From Alphaproteobacteria bacterium (GTDB taxonomy: Bacteria > Pseudomonadota > Alphaproteobacteria > UBA7887), in assembly GCA_965216755.1 (NCBI GenBank), contig CBDCGL010000011.1:320001-384000 (forward strand): DNA of 64,000 nucleotides. Reading direction: 5' to 3'. This document shows positions 62,613-64,000 of the stretch, one piece after another (the first letter of the stretch is position 1; each line of letters starts with the position of its first letter). The position numbers and the translations under genes were made by a program. The notes under the pieces were generated by a model. It worked only from the letters and a program-made list of their open reading frames with translations, was not told the origin of the DNA and made no database searches.

Positions 62613-63878
62613 TTGTTGTCGAAGAATGAGCCTGATCCCGGTGGGTGGTCGGCCGACACGTTTTCGGCCGGATCTCTGCAAGCCGGCGCCCGGCTGTATT
62701 CGGGATCCGGTTCGCGATGGGTGGGCCCCCATCTTTGGCGACGGAAACACGGAGCAGCCATAGTCTATTGGGATTATGGTGAGGTGCGCGGCGGCAAACA
62801 CATTCTGCTTCCCGATGGCAATCGCGGCGAAGTCTCATTCGTATTTGACCACGGGCTTCGGCGACGGGGCCCTGGTCGGCCACTATGGATCTACGGGACG
62901 CTTGAGGTTGGCGCGGATGACGCGATCTTTATCGACGGGCAGCAACCTGAGCCCTACGAGCCCGAACCGGTCGACGGTCCATCACTAGCCGCCGATTTGT
63001 GGGCTGACAAGTTGTTCTTGAGCTGGTTGCAGGATGACGGCGCCGCGCTGGCAGTGTACAGCGCAATTGCCAACAAGACATTTTACAAGGGCGACGATGA
63101 CCGCGGTTGGGAAATCGGAACGCGGCGCGCCGCCGCGCTGGTCGCAAGGCTTCGCAGCTTAGGCGAAAGCTATCAAGATTACTATCCACACGCATCGTAT
63201 GAGGGGCCATACCCGGACGACGAAAACCGGCTTGAGCTGATACATGTCGCGGCCGCCAAAGCTGACGAAGTACGCGCAAAAATCGATCAGCGTGCGGAGA
63301 TACTGACTGGGCTTCCGACGACGTTGGAGATTCCGGGTCAGAGCATCGTCGTCACGACGGCCGACGAACTTGATGCCATCTTTGAGGAGTGGTGGCGCGT
63401 CGCCCTCAAGACAGGCCGAATAGCAAGAAAGTACGCGGAAAGAATTGAGGCGGCGCGTGAAAGGCTAATCTCATTCCGCCGATCCAAGAATGACCCGGTC
63501 ATGGCAGAGTTCAAACGGCACTTGTCCCGCCTCGGATGGCGGGCGCAACGGCCCGCAGACCTCAATCGCGAAAGGGAATGTCAATTCGCCGCAGTCGAGC
63601 AGATATGGAAGGAGATTACCGACATTCAACAGCGTGCCCCAGCCCCGACGCCACACTGGGCCAAAGACATAATGGAGCAGGTCCCGATGGCAGCGATTTT
63701 CTTGCGGCATGTTGACGACTCCGGGCGCGAGTTCACTTTTCCGGCGATGCCGGAAGCCTTTCTCGAGCAGGCGCTGAGCCAATTGGCCTTAAGCGGCCGA
63801 CTTGGTGAAGCCGAATACAATGAGCTTCGGTCTCGCATCAGAGCAATCGACGTTTCGGTGCTGCGTCAGATTGATTGA
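62613..63878 (+). CDS. Hypothetical protein (~420 aa)
   Basis: Long ORF with protein-like composition; start uncertain (TTG 62613/62616, ORF open from 62499). Confidence 0.65.
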   Translation: MLSKNEPDPGGWSADTFSAGSLQAGARLYSGSGSRWVGPHLWRRKHGAAIVYWDYGEVRGGKHILLPDGNRGEVSFVFDHGLRRRGPGRPLWIYGTLEVGADDAIFIDGQQPEPYEPEPVDGPSLAADLWADKLFLSWLQDDGAALAVYSAIANKTFYKGDDDRGWEIGTRRAAALVARLRSLGESYQDYYPHASYEGPYPDDENRLELIHVAAAKADEVRAKIDQRAEILTGLPTTLEIPGQSIVVTTADELDAIFEEWWRVALKTGRIARKYAERIEAARERLISFRRSKNDPVMAEFKRHLSRLGWRAQRPADLNRERECQFAAVEQIWKEITDIQQRAPAPTPHWAKDIMEQVPMAAIFLRHVDDSGREFTFPAMPEAFLEQALSQLALSGRLGEAEYNELRSRIRAIDVSVLRQID

Positions 63879-64000
63879 CGATGGTCGTCCGAGAGCCGTG
63901 CCTTGGTGGCCTATGAGCCTTTGCTGCGGTGCAGCCATTGGGCTGCTCTTCCAACGGCGTGCTGGACGGTATCGGTCGCGCGTGTAATCTAGCCATTGGG

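Overview
This is a 64-kb chromosomal segment of a GC-rich (about 60% by eye) alphaproteobacterium. The lineage call rests on popZ and on the conserved gene orders tRNA-Cys/pcm/tolC/popZ/valS, xth/erpA/dgt/argS/SPOR/nagZ/scpAB and tatABC/serS/surE/pcm/nlpD/DUF815/yajC/secDF. Accessory genes interrupt this backbone. They include an orphan catabolic cluster (1-9.5 kb), a secreted Asn/Gly-repeat protein with a 1-kb non-coding upstream region (9.8-11.7 kb), small secreted orphan proteins, and an 11-kb block between scpB and tatA (CnbZ-like protein, epoxide hydrolase, isochorismatase with a gamma-glutamyl ligase, catalase/oxyR, Fe3+ ABC transporter). A methyltransferase/LuxR insert and a flavin monooxygenase plus an unknown protein after secF are also present. 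I found no integrase, transposase, CRISPR array or rRNA. The best candidates for new biology are the functional-amyloid-like Asn/Gly repeat protein with its GANTC-dense, structured upstream region, an RMF-like domain fused in frame to DUF3237, a candidate sRNA, and an Irr+OxyR dual-input catalase promoter. All family calls come from motif recognition, not database searches.
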